A stretch of 64,000 nt of DNA, from contig CAYWKU010000017.1 of the NCBI GenBank assembly GCA_964459325.1, positions 3,856 to 67,855 on the forward strand. The letters are read 5' to 3'. A program made the position numbers and the translations under genes. The notes beneath the pieces were generated by a model that did not search any database, was not told where the DNA came from, and saw only the letters and a program-made list of their open reading frames with translations. The DNA is from an uncultured bacterium. GTDB lineage: Bacteria; RBG-13-61-14; CAYWKU01. Positions within the stretch are counted from its first letter, which is position 1; each line of letters starts with the position of its first letter. Below, piece by piece: positions 18,676 through 29,639 of this stretch.

Positions 18676-20262
18676 TCACTTTAAGCCGGGCCACTCATCA
18701 TCCTCTTTCCCTTCCTTCAAAACCTCCATGAACACATCGGGCAACGCCTCTATGAGGTCAGTCGCTTTCAAAGCGATTTCCCCGTAAACCTCCCTCGCCA
18801 TATCTCCGGCCCTTCCGTGAATCCAAGTTCCGGCGCACGCGGCGTCGAAAGGCTCGAACCCCTGCCCCAGCAGGCTTCCGATAATCCCCGTCAGGACATC
18901 GCCGGCGCCTCCGCTCGCCATTCCGGGGTTGCCGGTGGGGTTTACCGCCAAGGCGCCTTCGGGCGATGCGATTATGGAGCGTGCCCCCTTGAGCACCACC
19001 ACCGCCCCGGATGCTTCGGCCAGTCTGCGGGCTGCGGACACCCTGTCCTCCTGCACCTCTTTGGAGGATATACCCAAAAGGCGGGCCATTTCGCCCGGAT
19101 GAGGAGTAAGCACAGCCTTTGCTCCCGATGATTTTATCGCTCCCGCGTCGGACGCCAACAGGTTGAGACCGTCCGCGTCTATCACCATCGGCAGGCCGGC
19201 TTCCGATACCAGCTTGAAAAAAAGCTCCCGGGTGGAATCTTCGGCGCCCAGGCCTGGGCCGATGGCAAGGGCGTCGGCGAGTTCCAGAGCGGGTTTAATA
19301 TTTTCCCAGGCGTCCGAGGTGAGAAAACCTTTATCGTCCCGCGCGGGCAGGGTCATGGCTTCGGTCAGTTTTGCTTCGAGGACGGCGTTCAGGCTTTCCG
19401 GTAACACTACGGTAACCAGCCCCGCCCCGGACCTTACGGCGGACTCGGCGCACATGGCGGCGGCTCCGGTCTTTCCCGGCGACGCGGCCACCGCCAGCAG
19501 ATGCCCGAAATCGCCCTTGTGAGCTTCGGCGTCCCTGGGGACAAACAGCTCTCTAACATTTTCCTTCATCAGAAGCCGGTCGTCTCCGCCCAGTTTTTCC
19601 ACCACGTCCCTGGGCATCCCGATATCCACCAACAACAGGTCGCCCACGTAAGCCGCGCCGGGATAAATTACCTGCCCCAGCTTGACCAGCCCGTACGTGC
19701 AGGTGAGGTCCGCCCGCACCGCGTCGCCGAGGGGCTTGCCGGTGTCGGAGCTCAACCCGGAGGGAATATCCACCGAGCAGACGGGCACATCGGAGGAGTT
19801 GAGCATATCCACACAGCTTGCATACAACCCTTTCAGCGGTTTGGTCAAACCGGTGCCCAGCATGGCGTCCACCACCAGGTCGTAGCCGTGCAGCGCCTCC
19901 CTGAGAAGACCCAGGTCTTCCTCGCTTTTGATGTCCAGTATAACCGAGTTCATGCGGGAGAGCGTTTCGAGGTTGGTAAGCGCATCTCCCTTTATCTTTT
20001 TTCTGTCGGAGATGAGGTAGGTGACCGCTTCGAGGCCGGAGTTAATGAGATGCCGAGCGATGACGTAGCCGTCACCGCCGTTGTTTCCGCCACCGGCTAT
20101 TACCGCCACTCTGGCGGCGTCGGGCCAGTACCTCAATATGGCGCGCGCGGCGCCCGCTCCGGCGTTTTCCATGAGCGCCACACCCGGCACCCCGTACTCC
20201 TCGATGGCCACGCGGTCCATCTCCCTCATCACCTCGGCGGTAACAATCAAATCAGCCGGCAT
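18676..20262 (-). CDS. nnr: Bifunctional NAD(P)H-hydrate epimerase/dehydratase
   Basis: LMENAG, GNNGGDG, HKGDFG, DADGL, TPHPGE and GAGDVL. Confidence 0.95.
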   Translation of the reverse strand: MPADLIVTAEVMREMDRVAIEEYGVPGVALMENAGAGAARAILRYWPDAARVAVIAGGGNNGGDGYVIARHLINSGLEAVTYLISDRKKIKGDALTNLETLSRMNSVILDIKSEEDLGLLREALHGYDLVVDAMLGTGLTKPLKGLYASCVDMLNSSDVPVCSVDIPSGLSSDTGKPLGDAVRADLTCTYGLVKLGQVIYPGAAYVGDLLLVDIGMPRDVVEKLGGDDRLLMKENVRELFVPRDAEAHKGDFGHLLAVAASPGKTGAAAMCAESAVRSGAGLVTVVLPESLNAVLEAKLTEAMTLPARDDKGFLTSDAWENIKPALELADALAIGPGLGAEDSTRELFFKLVSEAGLPMVIDADGLNLLASDAGAIKSSGAKAVLTPHPGEMARLLGISSKEVQEDRVSAARRLAEASGAVVVLKGARSIIASPEGALAVNPTGNPGMASGGAGDVLTGIIGSLLGQGFEPFDAACAGTWIHGRAGDMAREVYGEIALKATDLIEALPDVFMEVLKEGKEDDEWPGLK

Positions 20263-20267
20263 CCGAT

Positions 20268-20636
20268 TTATCCCTCCAGTATAATTCCCGCTACCCCCAC
20301 TCCTGCGTCATGAGCGAGGGTGAGGTGAATTTTTTTGACTCCCCTGGACTCCGCAATCTCACTTGCTCCTCCGTGCAGCCTGACGGAAGGCGGGCCGCCT
20401 TCCCTGACCACCTCCACGTCCTTCCACCTTACCCCCCTGCGGGCGCCCACGGCCTTGATGAAGGCTTCCTTGGCGCCGAAACGGGCCGCCAAATGAAAAT
20501 GGGGCGTGCGCCTGGACATGCAATAGTTTCGCTCGCCTTCCGAATAAATCCTCTCCAGAAACCTGTCCTGAAACCTCCGAAGAACTTTTTCAATCCGGGC
20601 GGCGTCAACGACATCGATACCGAAGCCGACTATCAT
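20268..20636 (-). CDS. acpS: Holo-ACP synthase
   Basis: GFGIDVV, AARFGAKEAFIKA and HLTLAH. Confidence 0.93.
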   Translation of the reverse strand: MIVGFGIDVVDAARIEKVLRRFQDRFLERIYSEGERNYCMSRRTPHFHLAARFGAKEAFIKAVGARRGVRWKDVEVVREGGPPSVRLHGGASEIAESRGVKKIHLTLAHDAGVGVAGIILEG

Positions 20637-20640
20637 CCAA

Positions 20641-21360
20641 TCAGACTCCGCGGATAAGCTCCGCCATTTCCCGCACCGCCTGCGATATGCCAACGAAGAC
20701 GGCCCTGGATATGATGGCGTGGCCTATGTTGAACTCCTCGATGTCCGGCATGGCCACCAGCGCCTTTATGTTGTGATAATTCAGCCCGTGGCCGGCGTGT
20801 ATTTTCAACCCCAGCTTCTTCGCCGCGCGAACCGCGTTTGCGATGGCCTCCAGCTCCGAGTTGGTCGCTGCGGGCGTTTTGGCGTCGGCGTATCTTCCGG
20901 TGTGTATCTCGATTGCCTTGGCGCCGGTTTTGTATGACGCCTTGACCTGGTCAACGTCAGGGTCGATAAACAGGGCGGTGTTGATGTCGCCGTCGTTGAG
21001 CATGGCGACAGTTTTTTTCACTTGGTCCATGTTTCGCTCGACGTCCAGGCCCCCCTCGGTGGTGACCTCCTCGCGCTTTTCGGGCACCAGGGTGCACTGA
21101 TACGGCTTCATGTAGAGCGCGATTTTGGTCATTTCGTCGGTGGCGGCCATTTCCAGGTTAAGGAGCGTGGTGACGGTTTCCTTCAGAATTCTCAGGTCCC
21201 TGTCCTGGATGTGGCGGCGGTCTTCGCGAAGGTGGACGGTGATGCCGTCGGCTCCGGCCATTTCCGCCAGCGAAGCGGCAATAACGGGGTCAGGTTCATA
21301 GGTCTTGCGGGCCTGTCTCAGGGTGGCCACGTGGTCTACGTTAATTCCCAGTCTTGCCAT
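20641..21360 (-). CDS. pdxJ: Pyridoxine 5'-phosphate synthase
   Basis: [24 protein letters not shown] and AGHGL. Confidence 0.97.
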   Translation of the reverse strand: MARLGINVDHVATLRQARKTYEPDPVIAASLAEMAGADGITVHLREDRRHIQDRDLRILKETVTTLLNLEMAATDEMTKIALYMKPYQCTLVPEKREEVTTEGGLDVERNMDQVKKTVAMLNDGDINTALFIDPDVDQVKASYKTGAKAIEIHTGRYADAKTPAATNSELEAIANAVRAAKKLGLKIHAGHGLNYHNIKALVAMPDIEEFNIGHAIISRAVFVGISQAVREMAELIRGV

Positions 21361-21382
21361 TATATCCTCCCGGGGTTTCGAG

Positions 21383-23434
21383 CTAACTTATCTTCGCTCC
21401 CGGCGGCAGGTCACCGTCAAGCGTCAACAACCTCATCTCGTTCTCGTGCGTAGCCGCCAGAAGCATACCCTGCGATTCTATTTTCATTATTTTCCGAGGC
21501 TCCAGGTTCACCGCCAGCACCACGGTCTTTCCGTCAATGTCCTCCGGCTCGTAATGCTCGGCGATGCCAGCCACCACCTGGCGGGTTTCCCAACCTATAT
21601 CCACTTGTAGCTTGAGCAGCTTTTTCGCCTTGGGCACGGCCTCGGCGCTTACAACCTTGCCCACCCTGATGTCCAGGGCGGTGAAGTCATCGAAGGAGAC
21701 CACGTTTTCGGCCAGCTCCACCAGGTTGGCGGGGCGCTTCTCTTCCTCCGGCAGCCCGGCTTTCAGCTTGTTAATTTCCTCCTCGATAACTTCATCCGGA
21801 ATCTTGTTGAAGAGCACCTTAACTTCACCCACCGGCTGCTCCGGCTCGAGATTGATATCGGCAATGTCTTCCCATTTTACGTCTCTAAGTTTCCGTTTCA
21901 TTCCCAGCATATCCCAAAGCGTTTCCGCCGTGTCCGGTATGAAGGGCCAGCTTATGTAAGCGATAACCGCCAGCAATTTCGCCGCCGCATGGAGGGTGGC
22001 GGAGCATTCCTCCGGGGCCTCTTTGCGGGTTCGCCAGGGCTGCCTTTCGTCGATGTACTTGTTCCCGGCGCGGGCCAGCTCCATGATTTCGAACTGCGCC
22101 TTGCGAAATTCATACCCTTTGATAAATCCCTTCACTTTCTCCGCAGCCTCCCTCGCGGCGGAAAGGACGTTCTCGTCGGTCTCGCTCAACGAACCGGCCT
22201 CCGGTATTTTCCCGTCGCGGTAGGCTTCGATGAACCTGAGGGTACGGTGGGCAAGGTTGCCGTAAATGTCCGCAAGCTCGCTGTTGGTGCGGGTCTGGAA
22301 ATCCTTCCATTTAAAGTCCGCATCCCGGGTTTCGGGCATGTTGGCGCAGAGGGTGTAGCGGATGGCGTCGCGCGGGTAGCGCTCGAAAAATCCTTCCAAA
22401 TCTATGTACCAGTTGTCTCCCTTGGAGAAGGGTCTTCCCTCGAGATTGAGAAACTCGTTGGCCGGAACGTTTTCGGGTATGACGTACTCCTTTTTCTGCC
22501 CCATGAGCATTGCGGGCCACACGATGCAGTGGAACGGTATGTTGTCCTTTCCGATGAAATGGACGAGGCGGGTGTTCTCGTCCATCCAGTAGTCCTTCCA
22601 TTTTTCGGGTTGGCCTGTCTTCTCCGCCCATTCGCGGGTGCTGGATATGTATCCTATGGGCGCATCGAACCACACGTACAGCACCTTGCCCTCGGTGCCT
22701 TCGAGCGGTATGGGCACTCCCCAGTCCAAATCCCTGGATATGGGCCGTTCCTCCAGGCCCTGAGTGATGATGTTATCCACGAAGGCGCGGACGTTTTCTT
22801 TCCAGTGCTTCTTTTCGGCCAGCCACTTTTTGAGGCTTTCGGAAAAATCCTGTAGCCTGAGGTAATAATGTTTCGTTTTCCTGTACTCCGGCTCGGCGCC
22901 GCACACCTTGCAGTGCGGCTTCAAAAGCTCTTCCGGTTTGAGCCATGCGCCGCATTTTCCGCACTCGTCCCCCCGGGCGGTCTCGTACCCGCACCTGGGG
23001 CAGGAGCCGGTGATGTAACGGTCGGCGAGAAACCGTTCGCAGCGGGGGCAGTAGAACTCCTCGGTTTCCTTTTCGGAAATGTGGCCGGCCACGTAAAGCT
23101 CGTTGAAAAACTGCCGGCTCAGCTCGTAATGGGGCGGCCACGTGGTTCTGCTGAAGTTATCGAACTCTATCCTGAAGGAATCGAAAATACCCTTTATTAC
23201 TTCGTGATACTTGTCAACGTGCTCCTTGGGGCTAACCCCGGCCTGCTCGGCGGCGATGGTGATGGCGATACCGTGCTCGTCGGTGCCGCAGATATATACC
23301 ACGTCTTCGCCGCACAGTTTCAGGCATCGGACGAAAATGTCGGCGGGCAAGTAAGCGCCCACCACGTGCCCGAAATGAATGGGGCCGTTGGCGTACGGCA
23401 ATGCGCTGGTAACTAACCACTTATCCGGTTTCAA
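21383..23434 (-). CDS. metG: Methionine-tRNA ligase with C-terminal tRNA-binding domain
   Basis: [21 protein letters not shown], Zn knuckles, YVWFDA and GKDNI. Confidence 0.97.
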   Translation of the reverse strand: MKPDKWLVTSALPYANGPIHFGHVVGAYLPADIFVRCLKLCGEDVVYICGTDEHGIAITIAAEQAGVSPKEHVDKYHEVIKGIFDSFRIEFDNFSRTTWPPHYELSRQFFNELYVAGHISEKETEEFYCPRCERFLADRYITGSCPRCGYETARGDECGKCGAWLKPEELLKPHCKVCGAEPEYRKTKHYYLRLQDFSESLKKWLAEKKHWKENVRAFVDNIITQGLEERPISRDLDWGVPIPLEGTEGKVLYVWFDAPIGYISSTREWAEKTGQPEKWKDYWMDENTRLVHFIGKDNIPFHCIVWPAMLMGQKKEYVIPENVPANEFLNLEGRPFSKGDNWYIDLEGFFERYPRDAIRYTLCANMPETRDADFKWKDFQTRTNSELADIYGNLAHRTLRFIEAYRDGKIPEAGSLSETDENVLSAAREAAEKVKGFIKGYEFRKAQFEIMELARAGNKYIDERQPWRTRKEAPEECSATLHAAAKLLAVIAYISWPFIPDTAETLWDMLGMKRKLRDVKWEDIADINLEPEQPVGEVKVLFNKIPDEVIEEEINKLKAGLPEEEKRPANLVELAENVVSFDDFTALDIRVGKVVSAEAVPKAKKLLKLQVDIGWETRQVVAGIAEHYEPEDIDGKTVVLAVNLEPRKIMKIESQGMLLAATHENEMRLLTLDGDLPPGAKIS

Positions 23435-23538
23435 ATGCTCGAAGCCTCCATATTATTGAATTTGCCGGCGCCGGCGTTTTTAACCGGCTTACGAAACATG
23501 CCGTCGGGCCGGATTGTCGGACGGATTTTCCCCGCGCC

Positions 23539-26184
23539 CTACTCAAACTCCAGGTCTACGTCCTCCTGCGGGAGCTGGAACCGGTTCATCTCATCCTTGA
23601 GAAGGGTGGATTGTTTATTCAGTGTCTGTATGGTGCCGTCCAGTTTATTGACGGCGTCGACGTTGACCTGGCATATGTCCTTTATTTCATCCATGGCGGT
23701 CATGATTTTCTGCGATTGCGCGTTCTGGTTTTCCTGGCTTTTTTTCATGTAATCCACCATTTCGCGGATGTTTTCCATGGCGGCGGTGACGTTTTTGCCT
23801 TCCTCGACCTGTTTTTGCGCCCGGGAGCGCACCATGGGAGCGATTTCTTTCATTTCCCCGGCGGCTGAGGTTATCTGCTCGGTGCCCTTGGTCTGGTCGC
23901 GCACCGCCCCGGCTATCTGAGACACCCGCTCGGCGATGGACTCGACCGAAGAAGTCACCCTTTTGGAGTTGGACGCCTGCTCCTCGGTGGCCTTGGTTAT
24001 CATCCTGACCATTTCCGCTGACTGGTCCGCGCTGTGCTGAATTTTTTCCAGCGCCTGCCCGGCCTGGAATGCCAGGTTAACCCCTTCTTCCACGTTCTGG
24101 CTTTCCCTGTCCATCATGCTGACGGCGCGCTGACTTTCGTTCTGCACCGCCGCAATCAACTCGCGGATTTCCTTCGTGGAAGCGGTGGTTCGGTCACTGA
24201 GTTTTTTGATTTCGTCGGCCACCACCGCGAAACCCCGGCCCCTCTCACCGGCTTGTGCCGCGATAATGGCGGCGTTGAGGGCCAGGAGATTTGTCTGGTC
24301 GGCAACGTCGGTAATTACCGATATGATATCTCCTATCTGCTCGGCCAGCTCCCCGAGCCGATTGATGACCTGGGAAGACTCCCGCACCCCTTCTTCCACC
24401 TTGCCGATGCCCTCGATAGTGCTCTGGACACTATGTACACCTTCGTTCGCGTCCTTGGAGACGGCCTCGCTGAGTTCGAGGGTCTGCCTGGTTCTTTCCT
24501 CCACCTCCTTGATGGCCCTGTCCATTTCGAGCATGCTGGAGGCGGTTTCCTCGCTGGCGCCGGAGAGAGCTTCTATGCTTTCATTAATATCTTTGATGGT
24601 GGCGTTCATTTCGTAGATGGCGCTGGAGGTGTTTTCCACGGAGTTGCTGAGCTCGGTAATGTTTTCGCTTACCTCTTTTGAAAGCTCCTCGATATCTATA
24701 ATGACCTTCGCGCTCTGCTCGGCATTATCGGACATGACTTCCACATTTTCCGATATGTCCGAAACCACCTGCTTCATGGTATTGACGGCCATGGTGGTAT
24801 CCTCCACCAGCTTGGCCTGCTGATATGTTTTTTCCGAGACGCTCTTCTGGCTCCGGGAGATGTTATCGGTGGCCTGGTCGACCTGCTCGGTGGCCCTGCC
24901 CACCCTGGCCACCAGGCTCCTCAAGCCGTTCACCATAGTGGTTAAGCCGTAAGCCAGTTCCACCAGTTCATCTTCGCTTAGCATGGCCACTTCGTGGCTT
25001 AAGTCGCCGGTGGATATTTCTTCGGTCAGGTTGACCACCTTATGAAGTGGGCCGCTGACATCGTGGGCGACCAGCCTGGTAACCCAGAAAGCTATCCCCA
25101 GGGAAATAACTATAAGCAATACGAAAAGCGTCTTGAACTGTCCCAGAACCGAATCCGCCGTCGAATTTCTGAAGACGGTACCGAGATAGAGGCCGTCTTT
25201 TCCCATGGGTATCCACATGAGCATGTCATTGGAGGAGGGCATGTTTCGGGAGTTGTAGCCGGGGTCCCACCGAATAAGCCTGGTGGCGAGGCTCTCGAAC
25301 TCTTCGAGGAACTGCTTGAGAATTCCCGGCTCGACATCGTGAGGGCTTTCGCCGTAAACGACTTCGCCACGCTTGTTGAAAACGAAGAAATTCTGCCTCA
25401 GGTGACCGGACATTTCATTCAGGTACTTTTCTATCTCGCCGGTTTCTACCTCCCCGACCCGCATTTTGGTTATTTTGGTGGTTATCGGCGTCATGAGCTG
25501 TGTCTGCCGTTTCAAAAGGGCGGAAGCGGCCCGGCTGTTGCCCATAATTCCGGCGTACAGCAGTGCCACGGTAATAAGCACCCCGAAACTGACCAGGAGC
25601 TTGATGTTGAAATTTAAACGGCGAAACGCGCCCGCCTGTTCGACCACGTGGGTGGGAATTGCAAAGAGGTCGGAGGCCATCCGGTGGAATATGACTTTGT
25701 AAAAGTAGTACTGAAAAACGAAAGCGGCGGCCCCGCCTCCGGTGATGGCTACGAATATGATAAAGAGATGGGTGGCGCTGAAGGCACTGCTGAAAAGCCC
25801 TACCAGTATGCACGCCGTGGCGCCGGAAAGCGCCCACAGGGCGAAGCTTACCGCCCCGCCGCTGAGAGGAAAGGACACCATTTCGGCCTGGGCGGCCGTT
25901 GTAAGTTCACTGTCGGGCTTTTGCCCCTCTCCGAAGTCGTAAGCTTCCCTTTGGTTTATCCACGCGAAAAAAGACTTGAGAAGCCGCTCATTCGCCAGAT
26001 ACTGCAGCACTCCGTCTATAACCAGTAGCACCGCGGTAGGATAGAGAATAGCCTTGAGGTGAGCCACGGTGACGTCGAAAGACCCGGCGAAGAAGGCCAC
26101 CACGGCCAGCAGGCCCACTATGCTGGCCAAAAAACATCCCCTCAGCAGGTAATTTCTTACTTTTTTACGACGGCTCCCGGCCAT
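23539..26184 (-). CDS. Methyl-accepting chemotaxis protein (multi-TM N-terminus, HAMP)
   Basis: [33 protein letters not shown] 26184 has a GGAGG RBS. Confidence 0.93.
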   Translation of the reverse strand: MAGSRRKKVRNYLLRGCFLASIVGLLAVVAFFAGSFDVTVAHLKAILYPTAVLLVIDGVLQYLANERLLKSFFAWINQREAYDFGEGQKPDSELTTAAQAEMVSFPLSGGAVSFALWALSGATACILVGLFSSAFSATHLFIIFVAITGGGAAAFVFQYYFYKVIFHRMASDLFAIPTHVVEQAGAFRRLNFNIKLLVSFGVLITVALLYAGIMGNSRAASALLKRQTQLMTPITTKITKMRVGEVETGEIEKYLNEMSGHLRQNFFVFNKRGEVVYGESPHDVEPGILKQFLEEFESLATRLIRWDPGYNSRNMPSSNDMLMWIPMGKDGLYLGTVFRNSTADSVLGQFKTLFVLLIVISLGIAFWVTRLVAHDVSGPLHKVVNLTEEISTGDLSHEVAMLSEDELVELAYGLTTMVNGLRSLVARVGRATEQVDQATDNISRSQKSVSEKTYQQAKLVEDTTMAVNTMKQVVSDISENVEVMSDNAEQSAKVIIDIEELSKEVSENITELSNSVENTSSAIYEMNATIKDINESIEALSGASEETASSMLEMDRAIKEVEERTRQTLELSEAVSKDANEGVHSVQSTIEGIGKVEEGVRESSQVINRLGELAEQIGDIISVITDVADQTNLLALNAAIIAAQAGERGRGFAVVADEIKKLSDRTTASTKEIRELIAAVQNESQRAVSMMDRESQNVEEGVNLAFQAGQALEKIQHSADQSAEMVRMITKATEEQASNSKRVTSSVESIAERVSQIAGAVRDQTKGTEQITSAAGEMKEIAPMVRSRAQKQVEEGKNVTAAMENIREMVDYMKKSQENQNAQSQKIMTAMDEIKDICQVNVDAVNKLDGTIQTLNKQSTLLKDEMNRFQLPQEDVDLEFE

Positions 26185-26607
26185 TCTCTCCCTCCGGCAG
26201 GCTCGCTGAGCCCAACTCAACAATGAAGTATAGTGGACACGGCAGCTTATATCAACGTCCTTTACGTAAACAATGCTTCCGGACCGAGATTTCACGGATG
26301 ATATTCCGGCCCATTGAGGAGAAATCATAACACAAAAACGGCGGTTTCACCTCTTTAACATTAAGTCAAGCCGTGCACATACTGTGTTTCCGCAAAAAAG
26401 CGGCATTTCGGCGCTTGCAAAATCAGAAATGTATATTATTTTAACAAATTACACTGAAAAGCAACCATCGAGCCAGCGCTCGGAATTAAACCGCAAACAA
26501 CCTTAAACTTTCCAAACATCGAGCTATCGAAAGGGCTCGTGCTGTTTTCTCGGTAATATACCGGACTTTCCTCGCACTGTAGAGTTCAACAAAAAGGAGG
26601 TTGGGCC

Positions 26608-27885
26608 ATGAGCGTAAAAAAAATCAACGCGGCTGTGGCTGAGAAAACAATTGTCGCACCCGACGGCGGGAGCCGGGACGAATTTATCCTGCCGTCGGGG
26701 GTGGCTTACAGGATTATGTATAACAATTGCAAGTGCGATACCCGGATGCTCTATAACGGCGAGCTCTTGACGCGCAAAGCCTGCGAATGTATTGAAAAAT
26801 CCGGCCTGCAGCCGGTAAAAGACACTTACTTCGACTTCGACGGCGGCGGAGTCACTGCGGCGGTGGTGCTTGCCGAGTCGCACCTGGTGCTGCATTCGTG
26901 GCCGGAGTTTTACAACAGCGTGCTCGCGGATGTAAGCGTGTGCAACTACGAGCGGGACAACCGACCCCGCGTATTCAAGCTTCTCAATTACCTGCAAGAA
27001 ATTTTGCAGCCGGAGTTTACCGTAAGCGAGCCGCAGGACATGCTTCCCAGGCACAGCGAGCCTTCACGCGCGGGAAGCGGCAATTTCGCAGAGATAAACA
27101 AAATTTACACCGCTCTTCAAAGCAAGTACCAGGAAATCAAAATGGTGGACACCCCCGCCTACGGCCGGGCTCTCATACTTGACGGATATGTGCAGACCAC
27201 CGAAGCGGGAGAAGCCTGGTATCACGAGCCGCTCGCGCATTCCGCCCTACTAGCTCACCCCTCCCCGGAAAAAGTTCTTTTGTGCGGCGGCGGAGACGGC
27301 GGGGCGGCCAAAGAGGTACTGAAGCATCCCACCGTTACCGAGTGCGTAATGGTGGAGCTTGACGAGGACGTGGTGAACGTATCACGGGACTACTTGCACT
27401 CCGTTCACCGCGGAGTTTTCGATAACCCGCGTTTAAGCCTCAAAATCGAGGATGCGTTAGATTTCGTGAAAAACGACGAGGAAACCTACGACGCGGTGAT
27501 ACTGGATTTGACCGACCCCATCGGCGACTGCGAAAAGCTGTTCTCCACCGAGTTTTTCCGCATGGTAGCCCGGATAATGACTGACGAGGCCAGGTTGACC
27601 GTCCACTCCAGCTTCCCGGTCATCTGGCCGGACGTAAGCAGGATGATAGTTCACAAGCTGCGTGAGGTTTTCGGGCCGGTTAAACCTTTCATGCATTATG
27701 TTCCGTGCTACAACGATTACATGATGTTCTCGCTGGCCTCCAAGAAGGACTTCGAACTGCCCGATGCCGAAACGCTCTCCCACAGAATTGAAGAAAGAAA
27801 CCTCAAAGACCTGGAGATAATCACGCCCGAGACTTACAGGGCCATGTTCACCCTGGCGCCGGCGTTGAGAAAAGTCGTAGACTAA
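26608..27885 (+). CDS. Fused S-adenosylmethionine decarboxylase (SpeD) / aminopropyltransferase (SpeE)
   Basis: N-terminal pyruvoyl motif LAESHLVLHSWPE..DVSVC. C-terminal SKYQ, LILDG..Q, YHE, GGGDG and DLTDP. Confidence 0.9.
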   Translation: MSVKKINAAVAEKTIVAPDGGSRDEFILPSGVAYRIMYNNCKCDTRMLYNGELLTRKACECIEKSGLQPVKDTYFDFDGGGVTAAVVLAESHLVLHSWPEFYNSVLADVSVCNYERDNRPRVFKLLNYLQEILQPEFTVSEPQDMLPRHSEPSRAGSGNFAEINKIYTALQSKYQEIKMVDTPAYGRALILDGYVQTTEAGEAWYHEPLAHSALLAHPSPEKVLLCGGGDGGAAKEVLKHPTVTECVMVELDEDVVNVSRDYLHSVHRGVFDNPRLSLKIEDALDFVKNDEETYDAVILDLTDPIGDCEKLFSTEFFRMVARIMTDEARLTVHSSFPVIWPDVSRMIVHKLREVFGPVKPFMHYVPCYNDYMMFSLASKKDFELPDAETLSHRIEERNLKDLEIITPETYRAMFTLAPALRKVVD

Positions 27886-28006
27886 CTTCAACCGCCCGGT
27901 GATGCATGGCTTTTTTCCTCACAGTGGGGCTGTTTTGCCTTGAGGGGAATGTTTTTTCGCTTTTTCCCGAGTTGCACCGAAAAGGCTGAAACTTTAATGT
28001 ATTAGT

Positions 28007-29449
28007 GTGAAGGAAAGCCATTTCAGGGCGGAAGTATGGAGTATACTTTCCCTCGCGCTCCTGGCTGCACTGCCATTCGCGATTACACTTGACGGTTTCC
28101 CCGTAGCCGACGACATAAGGTCCGTCCTGCGGGGGGCTATGCCCGAAAATTTCCCGATTTTGAAAGACCCGGTCTGGACCCCCAAACATTTTTTCAGACC
28201 CATGATTGTAGTTCTTTGCAGATTGGACGGATGGCTTTGGGGCGGGCAGATATGGGGTTACAGGCTCTCCAATGTCCTGCTTTTAGCCGCCACGGCGGTA
28301 TTGACCTACCTTTTCATAAAGAGGTTTTACCGGCCTGCAATCGCGTGGTTAGCGGCGGCGGTTATCGCGGTTCATCCGACCCAGGTCTTCACCACCGCCT
28401 GGATAACCGGGAGGGTGGACCTGGTACCGGGATTCCTGCTGACTTTTTCACTTCTTGTGCTGACGGCGAGAAAGGGCCGGATAAAGCTTGTGGCGGGAAA
28501 CGTTCTTTTCGCCGCCGCCCTTTTCAGCAAGGAGGTGGCTATAACCTTTCCCGCCATAATCCTCCTCGGCGGCCTCCTCCTGCATAAAGAATCGTTCAAA
28601 GCCGCGCTCGTCCGGGCGGGGCCTTCGATTGCCGTGGTAGCCGTATACCTGGCCGTGCGCTACGCCGTCGATTTCTGGCCGCAAGATTCCTTCTACTCAC
28701 CCATAGTCGGGTCGAACATAAAAGGCTGGGGCTCCAACTTCCTGTTTCTGGCCCATAACATCGCTTACCTGGTAATTCCCATATGGAACCCGATTGATTT
28801 GTTCAGGGAGCTGCACGTCAATTCCAATTTTTCGCCGGAATCCCTGATTCTTATCTCCGTTTACCTGCTTGCGGGAGCCGCGCTGCTCGGGTACCCGTTA
28901 TTCCGGGCGGCAAGAAAGAAGCGCTTCGACCCGGTTGTGCTCTTCGGAGTGCTCTGGTTTTTTATAGCGCTCGTCCCAACCATTCACGTGATGAGAAACC
29001 TGGGAGGAAGCAGGTATCTCTTCCCGGCCCTTCCGGGCGTAGCTATAGCCGTCGCAGCCGCCGCCGATTGGTTTTCGGCTCGGTACTCAAGAGGCAAAAT
29101 CCTGACCGTATTGATACTTTTCGTCCTGCTTGCGGCAAACGTTTTCGAGCAGACCAGGTGGAGAGCTGCAATGGATGTCGCCGAAAAAACCACCCACCTG
29201 GCGGCAAAATGCACGGCCGGAATGAACGCCGAAGAAAGCCTGGCCGTTTTCAATTTACCCGGCTGGGTACAGGGCAGGCCGGTGTATCCGTGGTACGAGG
29301 GCTACAGCCTGAATCTTGCACACTTTTTCATCACCGGCGGGTCTAATATAAAAGTGATACGGGGGCGCGACGAGAACCGCGACATTTGTCTGCGGGAAAA
29401 TGTCCGGTGCATTGAATGGTCTGGATTGATGGATGGAAAATGTCCATGA
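28007..29449 (+). CDS. Polytopic membrane protein, GT-C/TMTC-like glycosyltransferase
   Basis: ADD, FFRP, AVHP..WITGR, ALFSKE and RYLF motifs with many TM helices. Confidence 0.72.
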   Translation: MKESHFRAEVWSILSLALLAALPFAITLDGFPVADDIRSVLRGAMPENFPILKDPVWTPKHFFRPMIVVLCRLDGWLWGGQIWGYRLSNVLLLAATAVLTYLFIKRFYRPAIAWLAAAVIAVHPTQVFTTAWITGRVDLVPGFLLTFSLLVLTARKGRIKLVAGNVLFAAALFSKEVAITFPAIILLGGLLLHKESFKAALVRAGPSIAVVAVYLAVRYAVDFWPQDSFYSPIVGSNIKGWGSNFLFLAHNIAYLVIPIWNPIDLFRELHVNSNFSPESLILISVYLLAGAALLGYPLFRAARKKRFDPVVLFGVLWFFIALVPTIHVMRNLGGSRYLFPALPGVAIAVAAAADWFSARYSRGKILTVLILFVLLAANVFEQTRWRAAMDVAEKTTHLAAKCTAGMNAEESLAVFNLPGWVQGRPVYPWYEGYSLNLAHFFITGGSNIKVIRGRDENRDICLRENVRCIEWSGLMDGKCP

Positions 29450-29591
29450 CCGGCGCGGATAGTGTGCGGAGCTTCGCACCTGTGCGGATAATGGCATCAC
29501 ATTTTGAAGCCACCGGCTGGCGAAGCAGTAAGTTGCGAAATAATTCTGCTTTAAATTCAAATACTTATACGTCCGGGCCGGAAGGGTGAAA

Positions 29592-29608
29592 TCGGCACAC
29601 AAATTGCT
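29592..29608 (+). promoter_or_regulatory. Sigma54 (-24/-12) promoter
   Basis: TCGGCACACAAATTGCT has GG-N10-GC spacing. An IHF-like ATTCAAATACTTA lies at 29555-29567. Confidence 0.65.
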
Positions 29609-29639
29609 AACATATATCAGTATATTAATGGATGCAGCC

